A stretch of 64,000 nt of DNA. Origin: Pelagomonas calceolata (lineage: Eukaryota). Position 1 is the first letter of the stretch, and the number at the start of each line of letters is the position of its first letter. The DNA lies in NCBI GenBank assembly GCA_918797485.1, contig CAKKNE010000002.1, positions 5,456,001-5,520,000 of the forward strand, written 5' to 3'. The notes beneath the pieces are model-generated. The model was not told where the DNA came from. It made no database searches and saw nothing but the letters and a program-made list of their open reading frames with translations. Shown here one piece after another: positions 41,958 to 51,374 of this stretch. A program made the translations under genes and the position numbers.

Positions 41958-42536
41958 ATGGCGGACACGGGCTTCAGCGCCTGCGCCGCGGAGAACTGCA
42001 ACGCTTCGTATGATGAGCTCCTGACGAACATCAGCCCCTACGCCTGGGCCTACGCTGGAATAGCGTTAGGCCTCGGCCTGAGCGTCGTCGGCGCGGCCTG
42101 GGGTATTTGGTTGACGGGCTCGAGTTTAGTGGGCGCGGCGGTCAAGGCGCCGCGCATCCGCTCGAAGAACCTCATCAGCGTCATCTTCTGCGAGGCCACC
42201 GCGATTTACGGCGTCATCCTCGCCATCCTGCTCCTCTCCAAAATCGGCGACGGCTCCGAGGGCTCTTCCGGGAGTCTCCCGGAGGACTGGAACTACAACC
42301 AGTGGTATTTTGCCGGTTATTCATTGTTCGCGAGCGGGCTGGGCGTCGGGCTCACGAACGTCGCGTCCGGTGTGAGCGTCGGCATCGCGGGCTCGGCCTG
42401 CGCGCTCGCCGACGCGCAAGATGGATCTCTTTTCGTCAAGATCCTGATCGTGGAGATCTTCGCGTCAGCGCTGGGCATCTTCGGGATCATCGTGGGGATC
42501 ATTCAGAGCAACGATGCTGAATTCCCGTCGACGTAG
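41958..42536 (+). CDS. VMA16: V-ATPase proteolipid subunit c'' (Vma16/ATP6V0B)
   Basis: GAAWGI..APRIRSKNLISVIFCEATAIYG; FVKILIVEIF. Confidence 0.95.
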   Translation: MADTGFSACAAENCNASYDELLTNISPYAWAYAGIALGLGLSVVGAAWGIWLTGSSLVGAAVKAPRIRSKNLISVIFCEATAIYGVILAILLLSKIGDGSEGSSGSLPEDWNYNQWYFAGYSLFASGLGVGLTNVASGVSVGIAGSACALADAQDGSLFVKILIVEIFASALGIFGIIVGIIQSNDAEFPST

Positions 42537-42594
42537 TCGAGGGCAGACTGGTAACAAGTGTTTAGTTGAAACAGGCTTCTTTGCATTCACATTG

Positions 42595-43962
42595 TTAATA
42601 CAGGTGCCCATCTTTCAGGGCCCCCAGACTACTCTCTCCCCCGGGCCCAATCGAGTACGTTCGAAAGTAGAACGGACTCCCGGCCGAGGGTCTCCTCGCC
42701 CCTCTCTCTCTCCAATTGGCCGCGTCCCAAAGGCCCCACACGAGGCGGTCCAGAAGCAGCGGCGGCGGCAGCGGCGCGGCGTCGGGATCGTCGGCCGGCA
42801 CCCCGCATAAGGTTTTGAGCCCGTGGCCGTCGTCCACCTCGACCAGCGAAGCACACGCGGTTTGCGCCTTGGCGAGCAGCGCCCTCGAGTCTGCAATATC
42901 CACAACGGTGTCGCGCTTCCCGTGGACGACGACATACGGCCCCCCCTCCGGATGACCATGGTCTCCAGACGTTGATGCATCCCAGGCGGGCGGCGCTGTG
43001 CCGCCTGGGTAAAATCGTCGCTCGGGGAATCTTCTGCGCAGGTGTAGAAGAGGAAGACGAATATGTGGGTCACTTCCTCGCCGAAAAGGAAATTCGCGCG
43101 ATGGGTCTCGCAAGATCCGGTGCATAATGTTCCGGTGCGCGGGGCACAGGAGCACCGCCGGACCAATCCAGAAGCCTCGACTAATCAGATCCAGGCACAG
43201 CGCCCCGCCGAAGCTCGAGCCCACGATTACGTCGGGCTTGAAGGCGGCGAGCGCCTCGCGCTGAAGCTCGAGGCACTCCTCGTAGTCGTGCACGAAGCTC
43301 GTGGCCGTCGCGCTGTTCGGCATGGCAACGCAGAGGCTGTGCTCGAACCGCTCCGCCAAATAACGGGCCTTGAGGCCGTGCGGGCCGCTCTCGAGGCCGT
43401 GCACGAAGAGGACGCGGGGCGGACGCGCGGCCTTGCGCGCGGCCTCCTCGCGCCTGACTGCCTCGCGCGCGCGACTGGCTGCCTCGCGCGCGCGCCTGGC
43501 TGCCTCGCGCGCCGGCCTGGCTGCCTCGCGCGCCGCGGCCTCGCGCGCCGCGGCCTCGACCTTGGCCTTGGCCTCCTCGAGGGCCGCTGCCGACGGCGCG
43601 CCGGGCGCCTCGAAGTCGCGGAAAGCTCCAATATCAGACGTATTTTCGACGACTACCATCATCGGCGCGCCGACCGGAACCGCCGTGCCCGCGGGCTGCA
43701 AATGCTTGGCGACGACGCCGTCGTCCCGCGCTTCGAAGTCCACGGTCGCCTTGTCCGTCTCGACCTCCGCTATCGAATCGCCCGCGCCGAAGGCTTCTCC
43801 TTCCTCGACGTTCCACTTCACGAGGGTCCCCAACTCCATCGTTGGGCTCAGCGCGGGCAGACCGACGACGTTGTGCGACGGGTAGGAGAGCGGGCGCCGC
43901 GCGAGGCCCGCGGGCGCTGCCCGGGGCAGCGCAGCGCGCGCGCCGCGCAGCAGGCGCAGCAT
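42595..43962 (-). CDS. Mitochondrial lipoyl domain fused to an alpha/beta hydrolase
   Basis: Transit peptide; LPALSPTM..VETDKATVDFE (lipoyl-Lys); HGLES, GSSFGG, HGKRDTVV, DDGHGL. Confidence 0.8.
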   Translation of the reverse strand: MLRLLRGARAALPRAAPAGLARRPLSYPSHNVVGLPALSPTMELGTLVKWNVEEGEAFGAGDSIAEVETDKATVDFEARDDGVVAKHLQPAGTAVPVGAPMMVVVENTSDIGAFRDFEAPGAPSAAALEEAKAKVEAAAREAAAREAARPAREAARRAREAASRAREAVRREEAARKAARPPRVLFVHGLESGPHGLKARYLAERFEHSLCVAMPNSATATSFVHDYEECLELQREALAAFKPDVIVGSSFGGALCLDLISRGFWIGPAVLLCPAHRNIMHRILRDPSREFPFRRGSDPHIRLPLLHLRRRFPERRFYPGGTAPPAWDASTSGDHGHPEGGPYVVVHGKRDTVVDIADSRALLAKAQTACASLVEVDDGHGLKTLCGVPADDPDAAPLPPPLLLDRLVWGLWDAANWRERGARRPSAGSPFYFRTYSIGPGGESSLGALKDGHLY

Positions 43963-44320
43963 TCCCCCAGGCGAGCGTGCGTTTTACGACGAGCGTGCGC
44001 TGCTCACTCGGCTGCAGCAGTTTACAAGTCGTACCCTCTGGGTACTCGTACCACGACTGCAGCCAATCGGCTGCCCTTCGCCGCGATCCCGGGCGGAACC
44101 CAGCACGGCAGGGAGATGAAATCTGCCATGTGCGGGTTTTACACGCGCTGGGCCAAGCCGGAGGTATATGTAGCTCGCGAAGAGCCCTGCGAGAGGCTAT
44201 TGGAAATCGTTTTTCCCGGCGCTCGGGTGCGGGGTGCGTATGCAGCGCCTCGTTGGGATATTGCCAAAGGCCATAGCGCGACGCTGTGGCACCGCCGCTG
44301 CCCCAATAGCGCGCAAGGGG

Positions 44321-44815
44321 ATGGTGCGTCGAGGAGGACTCCGCCGGGCGGCGAACGTGGTCGTGCGGGAGGCCCGCGCCGCGCGGAAGCAGGTCACAGT
44401 GATGGGCGGCGCCTCCACGCCCGCCGCCGCGAAGATGCGCCCCGTGGCGCACACGCCGGGGCAGCTCGCGGCGGCGGCGGCGTTCGTGCAGGCCTGGCAA
44501 GCGCCGACGCCGGCGCCCGTCGCCGACGACGCGGCGTCGTCGTCGATGGCGTCCTTCGACGACGAGGGCGGTACGCCGTCGCGGCGCACGCTCAGCTTCG
44601 CGGAGAGCGAGACCTTCTCCGAGACGGAGAGCTCGCCGGGCGCGCCGAGCCCGCCGCGCCCGCGACGACGGCCGTGGCGGCATATACACCTCGCGCTGCT
44701 GGCCTGCGCGCTGGCCTCGGGCCGCGCGTCGTTCCGGCGCGAACCCCCGAGGCCGGCGGGAAAGGTGCTCCTACCGGTGCGCGGAGTAGGCCTCGCGGAC
44801 CGGCTGCTCATGTAA
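44321..44815 (+). CDS. Hypothetical protein
   Basis: High-GC3 ATG ORF divergent from the lipoyl-hydrolase gene; no recognisable domain. Confidence 0.45.
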   Translation: MVRRGGLRRAANVVVREARAARKQVTVMGGASTPAAAKMRPVAHTPGQLAAAAAFVQAWQAPTPAPVADDAASSSMASFDDEGGTPSRRTLSFAESETFSETESSPGAPSPPRPRRRPWRHIHLALLACALASGRASFRREPPRPAGKVLLPVRGVGLADRLLM

Positions 44816-44828
44816 AATACAACATTGT

Positions 44829-46157
44829 TTACAAAACCACGCCGCGCGCGATCGTGCGCTTCTTGTCGATCCGCTTGCGGAACTTCCGCCACTCGCAGAG
44901 CTGCACCTGGAGGTCGTAGATCGTGAGCGCGTCACTAATGGCGCCCGCCGGCACCGACGGGAACCGCGCGCGCGTCCGCGCGGCGACCCAGGCCGCCATC
45001 GGCGCGAGGCGCGGCTCCACGTCCTGCGACGCGAGGTGGTCGAAGAGCACTTTCAGGCGCCGTTTCCGGACGGCGTCCCCGCCGCCGCGCGCCCCAAATA
45101 AGTAGTTGAACGCCTCGTCGGCGCCGTCGCCCACCTCGCAGCTCTCGTCGAGGATGCGGAGCTCGGGCCGCCACAAGTGGTTCGTCACCAAGAGGACCTT
45201 GGACATCGTCGGCCCGATGCGGTCGAAGCCCCTATACAACGCGTCGAGGGACCGCATGGAGCACCTGCCCGACGACACAGACGGCCACGCCGCGAGGCCG
45301 ATCTTCGCGAAGTGCGCCATGCGTCTACATATATACGCCGGGTAGCGCTCGCCGCCCTCGCCGCGCTGCGGGTACGAGTTGAACGCCTTCGTGTGCAGCT
45401 TGAGACCGCGGTCGCGCCACGCTACAACTTTCTCGTAGAGCGCGCCGCCCTCCACAAAGGCTGTATCGGGATCTAGGATGCGCGCGCCGCGCCGCTCCTC
45501 GCCTTCATACACCTGATCGGTGTCGAGCGCCCGACTAAAGTAGGGGTACACGACACTCTGGAAGAGCGGGCACCACCTACTTCCAGAAAAGGCCGTCGCC
45601 AGCACGAACTTTTCTTTGTCATTTAAATCCGGCGCCGTCCTTAGCTTCGTCATGAGGAAGAGCTCCATCTCGCAGGTGACGGTGTGCCAGGGCACCCACC
45701 GATCTCCAGCAGCCGGCCCATCCAAGAACTTCGCCATGAGTTGGGAGCAGGACGCGACGTCGTCTGGAGACTGAGTATCGATGCGGCGCATCTCGTTATC
45801 AAAGGCCTCGAAACTCTCATCCACAATCTTGCCGGCCTGCCACCGGAGCTGGCACAGCAAGAACTGTAATAAGTGAGCCAGTTCCTTCTGGTTGATCTTC
45901 GCGCCCGCCATCTCCCTGGCGCTGATCGCCGCCGCTTCGTTTTCTTTCTTCTTCTTTTTTTTGGGCGGCTTCTCGTCCCTCCACAACTTCGGCGCCTCCC
46001 TCCACAAGATGGGCCGCGGCGGTGGCGACGGCGGGCGCGGTTCTACAGGTTGAGGGGTGACTTTGTGCAGGCCGAGCCGCGGCATGGGTTCCGTGGCTTT
46101 TTGGGGCTTCTGCTTCTGGCGCTGCGGCGGCGGCGCTTGAGCTGGGTGGGAGTCCAT
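44829..46157 (-). CDS. aGPT-Pplase/HhH-fold DNA-modification-like protein
   Basis: NLS-like PKKKKKK; HhH-like GFDRIGPTMSK; EVGDGA; LTIYDLQVQLCEWRKF. Confidence 0.6.
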   Translation of the reverse strand: MDSHPAQAPPPQRQKQKPQKATEPMPRLGLHKVTPQPVEPRPPSPPPRPILWREAPKLWRDEKPPKKKKKKENEAAAISAREMAGAKINQKELAHLLQFLLCQLRWQAGKIVDESFEAFDNEMRRIDTQSPDDVASCSQLMAKFLDGPAAGDRWVPWHTVTCEMELFLMTKLRTAPDLNDKEKFVLATAFSGSRWCPLFQSVVYPYFSRALDTDQVYEGEERRGARILDPDTAFVEGGALYEKVVAWRDRGLKLHTKAFNSYPQRGEGGERYPAYICRRMAHFAKIGLAAWPSVSSGRCSMRSLDALYRGFDRIGPTMSKVLLVTNHLWRPELRILDESCEVGDGADEAFNYLFGARGGGDAVRKRRLKVLFDHLASQDVEPRLAPMAAWVAARTRARFPSVPAGAISDALTIYDLQVQLCEWRKFRKRIDKKRTIARGVVL

Positions 46158-46255
46158 GGCGTGCAAGACTTTGTGGCGTATCAAGCGCTGGGCAACCCCA
46201 CGAATCTCCGGTCGTTCGTTTCACTGCGAAACTGCTCTCTTTCAGGCTCTCAAGA

Positions 46256-46290
46256 GCTAGCGTGCTCGGAGAGCGCATAGACACACTAGC
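46256..46290. promoter_or_regulatory. CTAG-flanked upstream element, copy 15 (long-spacer variant)
   Basis: GCTAGCGTGCTCGGAGAGCGCATAGACACACTAGC in a divergent promoter. Confidence 0.5.
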
Positions 46291-46413
46291 ATTCATGCAT
46301 TCATCCGCTCTTCACGCCGATAGCGACCGTATCACTCACTTCCAGCCTCGTTGTGGCGCAGCAAATAGCTCGCCGCACCTCCACGCCCGTCTCCGCGGCC
46401 GCCGCGGGCACCT

Positions 46414-46614
46414 ATGCTGCCCTGGTACCAGCAGGCTAGGGTCCTGCGCAAGCTCACAATAAGCGCGACGGGCTTGACCGCGTTCGTGTGCGTCCTCCAC
46501 GCGGACTACGGTGAGAAGCCGCACGCCTTTAGTTGGTTGCAATCGTACTACCGGGCCGAGGTCGTCGAGCCTTTACAACGGCAGTACGCGCGCTTAACAA
46601 AGAAGGATGACTAG
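46414..46614 (+). CDS. Small single-TM protein (66 aa)
   Basis: ATG ORF 124 bp downstream of the promoter element; hydrophobic segment followed by ADYGEKPHAFSWLQ. Confidence 0.55.
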   Translation: MLPWYQQARVLRKLTISATGLTAFVCVLHADYGEKPHAFSWLQSYYRAEVVEPLQRQYARLTKKDD

Positions 46615-46711
46615 GCCGGACATGGTCTCCGTGCTAAGCCAAGGCGAGAGTAACTGTGGGAGAAAAGCTTTGAGGGATCTGAAGTGGCGCCAGCGCCAGA
46701 CCGGGAAGACG

Positions 46712-48016
46712 ATGTATGAGCTCGAGATCAATGCCGACCATACTCTGGTACTACAACAAAACCTCGCCTCGGAAAATGATGGAACGGGCACGGGCGGCAC
46801 GGTCTGGCCGGCGGCGCACATGCTCGCGCGGTACCTCGCGAAGAGGCGCTTTCCTAGTGGATGGACGTGTCTAGATCTAGGTACTGGCACGGGCGCCGCC
46901 GGGTTATCAGCGGCTGCGTTGGGCGCCTCGAAGGTCGCCCTCACGGACTTGAGCCACGCGCTGGACATGGCGCGTGTTAATGTGGAACGGAACGATAGCA
47001 ATGCTGAAGTTTTTGCGCTGGACTGGTCAAATCCGAGAGATTCGGAGGCCTTCGATCTCGTCCAACAGTACGATGTCGTGCTCGCGGCGGAGTGTATCCT
47101 ACCAAAGTTGTACCCGCTGGAGCCCTTCGTTGGTTGCCTCGATAATGTGATTGGTCCTTCGACCGAAGCTTTAGTGGCTGTGGAGCTAAGGACGTGGCAC
47201 GAGTTCGATCCTAAATCAAGGTTCGTGGAGTTATGCGCTTCGCAAGGTCTGAGAGTGGAGACAATCACCGAAGGTCTGGACCCTGACTTCATAGCGGACG
47301 ACCTCGAGATTTGGCGCGTGACGCGCGGCGCATCCACAGAAAAGCAGCACGACTGGGTCCAGGTGACGAAGTGGGACGCGGATGAAGTAAGGCTGGACTG
47401 CGATCTCAAAGAGGGGCGCTTTTCTGTTTCTCACGTCCAGCAGCGGAACATTTCGGAGCGGACGTGGCCGTCGTCGATCGCTTCGAGTCGGGCCGTCGTG
47501 ACGGGGTTTTGGGACATTAATAGAGGTGCGCGCGTGCTGGAACTTGGCTCAGGTGGCGGCCTCGCGGCCTGCGTGCTGGCTCGATTGGGGTGCGTAGTCA
47601 CGGCGACGGATTTGCCGGCGAATCTCCCTCACTTGGAAGCGTCCTTAGCAAGGAACGGCGTCCTCGCCAAGGTCCAGGTGCGTCCCTTAGATTGGAGCCA
47701 GTCTCCTGCAAGTGTCGTGCCGTTCCTGGACGAAAGGTGGGATGTCCTGCTGCTCAACGACTGCGCCTACGACGCGGGCGCTTGCGTGCATCTCGCGCGG
47801 ACCGTCGCCGCCTTGTGCTACGCGAATCCCCGAATGCAAATTTTGGTAGCGAACGAGCCGCGGACGGCCCTCGAGGCCTTTTTGCGGGCGCTGGGCCGCT
47901 TCGACTGGTGCCCGCTGTTGGCGCCGTGCCTCGACGCGTCGTCGGCACTCTGGCACGTGGACTGTTTGCCTCCTTCCAGACAGCCGTGTGCGGCCGTGGC
48001 GTTGTACCAGAGCTGA
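46712..48016 (+). CDS. Tandem double Methyltransf_16 (METTL21-like) protein methyltransferase
   Basis: TGGTVWPAA..DLGTGTG..LTD..LDW and TWPSS..ELGSGGG..ATD..LDW. Upstream in-frame ATGs at 46607 and 46622. Confidence 0.85.
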   Translation: MYELEINADHTLVLQQNLASENDGTGTGGTVWPAAHMLARYLAKRRFPSGWTCLDLGTGTGAAGLSAAALGASKVALTDLSHALDMARVNVERNDSNAEVFALDWSNPRDSEAFDLVQQYDVVLAAECILPKLYPLEPFVGCLDNVIGPSTEALVAVELRTWHEFDPKSRFVELCASQGLRVETITEGLDPDFIADDLEIWRVTRGASTEKQHDWVQVTKWDADEVRLDCDLKEGRFSVSHVQQRNISERTWPSSIASSRAVVTGFWDINRGARVLELGSGGGLAACVLARLGCVVTATDLPANLPHLEASLARNGVLAKVQVRPLDWSQSPASVVPFLDERWDVLLLNDCAYDAGACVHLARTVAALCYANPRMQILVANEPRTALEAFLRALGRFDWCPLLAPCLDASSALWHVDCLPPSRQPCAAVALYQS

Positions 48017-48073
48017 CACCGACGCGACGTCTCCTCGACGGCGTGGCGGCGCACGGCTTGTACCAGAGCTGAC
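48002..48073. repeat. 16-bp direct repeat spanning a stop codon
   Basis: TTGTACCAGAGCTGAC at 48002 and 48058. Confidence 0.85.
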
Positions 48074-48133
48074 CCGCGCCGTCGACGCGACGTCGTGGAG
48101 AGTAATTCCCAGGATAACTTTAGGAGCACTAGA

Positions 48134-48712
48134 CTAGGCCTCGCCCCAGTCGATGTCGACGCGCGTCACGCGCGGCTGCTCGGCCAATAAGGTGCGCGTC
48201 ACGTTCGCCTTCGACGGCGCCTCGCCCTCGGGCGCCTCGTTGTTCACGTAGTAGCCGATACGTAAAAATTCTTGGCCCCGGTACGCGCAGCAGACGAGCA
48301 CCACCGTCACGCCTAAGAGGTCCGCGGCCGGGATTTTGGCCGGGTCCGGCGCGTCCGCCGAGAGCACAAATCTAGAAGTGCCCGCCGGCACGGGGCCCAC
48401 CTCGACGTCCGCCAGCGTTTGGTCTCTGGCGCTGTCGTCCGCTGAACCAACATAAACGACCGACCATTCCAAATCGCCCGGTAAAGCTCTCGTACTTTCA
48501 AACGTAATTTCAAAATCCAGGTCATCCCCAAAGTTCGCCGGGTTCTTGAGCGGGGCGACGTTCGCCACGGACACGGGAGAGGGCTGCGTCTGCTTCACCT
48601 GCGGCGGCGGCTCGTGCGAGGCCGCCGGCGCGTCGTCGGCGAGGAAGTCGTTGTCGTCCTCCATGGGCTCGTCCTCGTCGGAGCGCGGCTCGTCCGCCGC
48701 GAAGTCGGCCAT
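48134..48712 (-). CDS. ASF1: Histone chaperone ASF1
   Basis: NPANF..FEITFE..DLEWSVVYVGSA..DQTL..VGPVP..EFLRIGYYVNNE..PRVT. Confidence 0.95.
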   Translation of the reverse strand: MADFAADEPRSDEDEPMEDDNDFLADDAPAASHEPPPQVKQTQPSPVSVANVAPLKNPANFGDDLDFEITFESTRALPGDLEWSVVYVGSADDSARDQTLADVEVGPVPAGTSRFVLSADAPDPAKIPAADLLGVTVVLVCCAYRGQEFLRIGYYVNNEAPEGEAPSKANVTRTLLAEQPRVTRVDIDWGEA

Positions 48713-48906
48713 CTTCTCCGTGGCGCGCGGCTCTTGTTCGGCTGTGGCGCGCAGGTCGTCCCTTGGCGCGCTGACGTGCGGCGGGCGGGTGCGGCGCAGC
48801 CGAGCGCTCACGCGTGACAGCGCGGGCAAAAAGCAAGTGCCACACGGCCACCGGGGTGATCCGTTTCGCACTCCGTTGCGCGAGCACTCAAATCGGCCGC
48901 GGGCTT

Positions 48907-48930
48907 GCTAGTATCTCTACAGTCCGCTAG
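48907..48930. promoter_or_regulatory. CTAG-flanked upstream element, copy 16
   Basis: GCTAGTATCTCTACAGTCCGCTAG in a divergent promoter. Confidence 0.65.
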
Positions 48931-49107
48931 GTTGAATCGAATTAACTTTTTCGAGCACAGCGGCAAATCTGTGGCGCTGCACACGCTCCCGAGTGGATTT
49001 CGTACGTTATTGATGCTCGAAACCACAGCGCAGTCCAACTTGCCGTGAGTTTTTGGCCATAATTAAGCTTAGCAGGTCCTGCTCGCGGCAGCGAACCCGT
49101 CGCAGCG

Positions 49108-49962
49108 ATGGAAGACACCGATTCGACGCAGCAGGAGCAGCAAGTTCTTGTGGCAACTATGGAATTGCCTGGCCCTGTCGGAAAATCCGCGGAACGAGGT
49201 GACCTGCAAGCCGTCGAGGCTTGGCTCGAGGGGCCGTCCTCAGGGATCGATGCCATGGACAGCTATCGGTGGACTCTTCTCCATCACGCGTGTTTGGCAA
49301 ATCCGATAACCGCGGATAGTGTGGCGGTAGCTGAGTACCTTCTGTCCCGCGGTGCGTCAGTGAACATCGGAGATTCTTCAGTGTTGCACTGTGCGGTTGC
49401 GCGCCCTTCCACTAGTCACGCAACCGACATGATCGGTCTACTCCTGCGCGCTGGGGCTGATGTTGACGCCAGGGACGATGATAGCATGTCTCCGATCGCG
49501 TGGGCCATGGACGAGATCATGAGTAACCGCAGTGAAAGTGATCTGACGAGGGCGCTGGAATGCGTGGTTCAGCTGTTGAGGCACGGCGCGTCGTTAGCTG
49601 ACGGTCATTTTGGTTTGAAAAATAATGAGCATGTACATAGTGAGCCCCGTTCGCTCGAGGATTTTTTGGCTTTTCGAACAGAATTTGAAGGCCTCACCAC
49701 CAACAGGCACTGGATCGATTGCCAAGCCATCGTCACCGGTGTGAAAACGGCCGGGAGCTGGCGGGCGTTCCGCGACGATAAGACCAATCCGTGGCGAGCC
49801 TACGAGCGCGTGCCGCGCAAGGCTGTGCTCCGCCTGCGGTCCCTCGTCGCGCGCAAACGCGCGAAGACCACCAACCCCCTGTTCAACGCCCTGTTCGCCA
49901 GTCCCAACGAGATCGTCTGGCACGTGCTGGGCTTCTGGCGCGTGCGTATCCCGTCGGAGTAA
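49108..49962 (+). CDS. Ankyrin-repeat protein
   Basis: WTLLHHAC, SVLHCAV, LLRAGADVDARD; C-terminal LRLRSL..PNEIVWHVLGFW. Confidence 0.8.
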   Translation: MEDTDSTQQEQQVLVATMELPGPVGKSAERGDLQAVEAWLEGPSSGIDAMDSYRWTLLHHACLANPITADSVAVAEYLLSRGASVNIGDSSVLHCAVARPSTSHATDMIGLLLRAGADVDARDDDSMSPIAWAMDEIMSNRSESDLTRALECVVQLLRHGASLADGHFGLKNNEHVHSEPRSLEDFLAFRTEFEGLTTNRHWIDCQAIVTGVKTAGSWRAFRDDKTNPWRAYERVPRKAVLRLRSLVARKRAKTTNPLFNALFASPNEIVWHVLGFWRVRIPSE

Positions 49963-49973
49963 GTGTATTTGTA

Positions 49974-50864
49974 TTATTCACTATCGTCGTCGCTCGCGGA
50001 CACGTCGAAGGCCGCGCCCTGCACCTCAGTTATTTCTGGGTCGTCGCTGCGCGGCCAGGGCCCCGGCGCCAGCGCGCTGAGCGTCCGCGACCGCGCCGCG
50101 CCGCCGAAGACGGCGACGGGGCCGTGGGCGACCTCGTAGCGCGCCGCGTACTCGCCGCGCTCCGTGTCATGGCACTGCGCGCACCGGAACCCGCGCTCCG
50201 TCAGCTGGAGCCACACGCCGCCGTTTTGTATCGCGACCGTGCCCTGACAAACAGATAGCCTCCAATTTCCCGGTAATAGGTCAGCAAGGTGCTGCGCGTC
50301 CCGCCGCATCTCGCCCTCCAGAGTTAATGAAGGTGCCTCGAAGTCGAGCCAGTCCGCGTCCCAGTTCTGCGTCGTCTCGACCCAGCTCGGCGGCGTGCCC
50401 GTCGCGGGTCTCTCACCTTTCTCGAAGTCCGCCGACCAGCGGTACCAGCCGTTCGACGCGCCGACGAGTTCGAGAGCGACTCGTCGTCTCGAATGCACCA
50501 GTAAACACGCCTCATCAAAACCATCCGTGAAGCGCGGGACGGGCCGGCCCGCTCGCGCTCTGTATAGTTTCCATTGCGAGAGGACCCGTTCGAGGTCGTC
50601 CATGGACCGCAAATCATCTAACGTCACGAGGTCGTCGTTCTGGGACTTAGGATGCTGCGGCCAGCTCCAGCGCCGCGCCGCGAGGCGCCTCAGTCTAGTG
50701 CCGTCTTTTATAATATCTCGGGCGCCCGCGCAGCACGCCGCGAGCTGCGCAGTCGCCGCGGCGTCGAGGCGTTCGAGAACGAGGATAGGGTCTACCGGGA
50801 AGAGCCGGGCCATTTGTTTCGCCGTGTTGGCCTTCTGGCGCTGTGCTCGCGTGCGGCTGAACAT
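49974..50864 (-). CDS. Hypothetical protein (weak F-box-like N-terminus)
   Basis: ATG ORF divergent from the next gene; LFPVDPILVLERLD. Confidence 0.55.
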   Translation of the reverse strand: MFSRTRAQRQKANTAKQMARLFPVDPILVLERLDAAATAQLAACCAGARDIIKDGTRLRRLAARRWSWPQHPKSQNDDLVTLDDLRSMDDLERVLSQWKLYRARAGRPVPRFTDGFDEACLLVHSRRRVALELVGASNGWYRWSADFEKGERPATGTPPSWVETTQNWDADWLDFEAPSLTLEGEMRRDAQHLADLLPGNWRLSVCQGTVAIQNGGVWLQLTERGFRCAQCHDTERGEYAARYEVAHGPVAVFGGAARSRTLSALAPGPWPRSDDPEITEVQGAAFDVSASDDDSE

Positions 50865-51099
50865 GGTCCTTTTTCGTTTGCGCTGCCGACGATGTGGGTC
50901 CGGCGCGGGTGCCCTTGCGCTGTGCGGCTCCGATGCCCGAGTGCACGAGCAGCCCTACGCCTGAGACAGCCCACCAACACCAGCACTGGAGCAAGACAAG
51001 CTGCGCCTCAATAGCGATATTTCAAACCTCAACCAGGCACAAATTTGCCTCCCAAAGAAGGCGTGGCCGTGCGTTGCAACAAAAACACTCTGGCTCCGC

Positions 51100-51120
51100 C
51101 TAGTGTGTCACCAACGCTAG
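51100..51120. promoter_or_regulatory. CTAG-flanked upstream element, copy 17
   Basis: CTAGTGTGTCACCAACGCTAG in a divergent promoter. Confidence 0.55.
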
Positions 51121-51374
51121 TTGCGTTTTTTGGCAATTTGCCCCGCTGCACGCGTAGCGTTGGACTCAGTGCGTCAAAATTGCCGTGCGGGTGCCTAAGT
51201 TTCACACCTGAGCCGCAGCAATAGAAACGCGCCAAAACGCAGTGCCAGCATTGCTGCCAGTGTGCAGCCTGCTGCAAGCACCCACGCCGCGTCGCAGCAA
51301 GCGCAGTATTGGCGCGTGATCAGTGGAGCAGCGTTGCAGCAAGCACAGCAATTGGCACGTGATCACTGCAAGCA

